From the IMG/VR virus record IMGVR_UViG_3300021399_000005, positions 32,001 to 96,000 of that record: a stretch of 64,000 bases of DNA; one strand, given 5' to 3'. Shown here in pieces: positions 63,901 to 64,000 of this stretch; the stretch's first letter is position 1; each line of letters opens with the position of its first letter. A model generated the notes under the pieces. It searched no databases, was not told where the DNA came from, and saw nothing but the letters and a program-made list of their open reading frames with translations. The DNA is from a virus. Taxonomy: Duplodnaviria > Caudoviricetes. A program made the translations under genes and the position numbers.

Positions 63901-63999
63901 TTAACTCATCGTGTTGCTTCCACCACCACCAGAATTAGGCAATAAACTTTGATCAAAAATAAGTCCTTCATCAGGGCTAGAAGAAGAAAAAGGTGCAAA
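63901..63999 (-). CDS. 3' end of a gene entering from outside the window
   Basis: Open frame to TAA 63901-63903 before terminator. Confidence 0.5.
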   Translation of the reverse strand, partial: FAPFSSSSPDEGLIFDQSLLPNSGGGGSNTMS

Positions 64000-64000
64000 T

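Noticed and set aside
1-64000. Phage of a code-4 host (Mycoplasma/Spiroplasma)
   Set aside because: Early genes avoid TGA-Trp and use TGA stops; peptidoglycan hydrolases imply a walled host
1-64000. CRISPR array, integrase, IS elements, rRNA
   Set aside because: No spaced direct repeats or recognisable genes found

Overview
AT-rich window from a large lytic dsDNA phage of a walled, low-GC Firmicute. The genome uses two genetic codes. The + strand block (1-17596: tail/baseplate, accessory cassette, holin, lysins) only gives full-length genes if TGA is read as Trp (code 4); TGA falls at conserved Trp positions of LamG, CHAP, GH25, phage-lysozyme and Gp10-like motifs. The - strand block (~19.7-64 kb: dut, nrdD, dnaE, helicases, primase, recJ, ligA, gyrA/gyrB, MTase, RNase H, sigma70, many small ORFs) is intact in code 11, uses TGG for Trp and still uses TGA as a stop at a few genes. 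At the junction sits a tRNA-Trp with a UCA (opal-reading) anticodon that is split by a 211-nt group I intron (U^CA), so the decoding tRNA exists only after splicing. Two nucleases embedded in the code-11 block (RuvC and the homing endonuclease of nrdD intron 2) are TGA-recoded. nrdD carries two group I introns and is followed by a formate/nitrite-type channel. A candidate non-sigmaA promoter motif and a strong excess of TGCGCA were also seen. All product calls rest on motifs recognised by eye; no searches were run.
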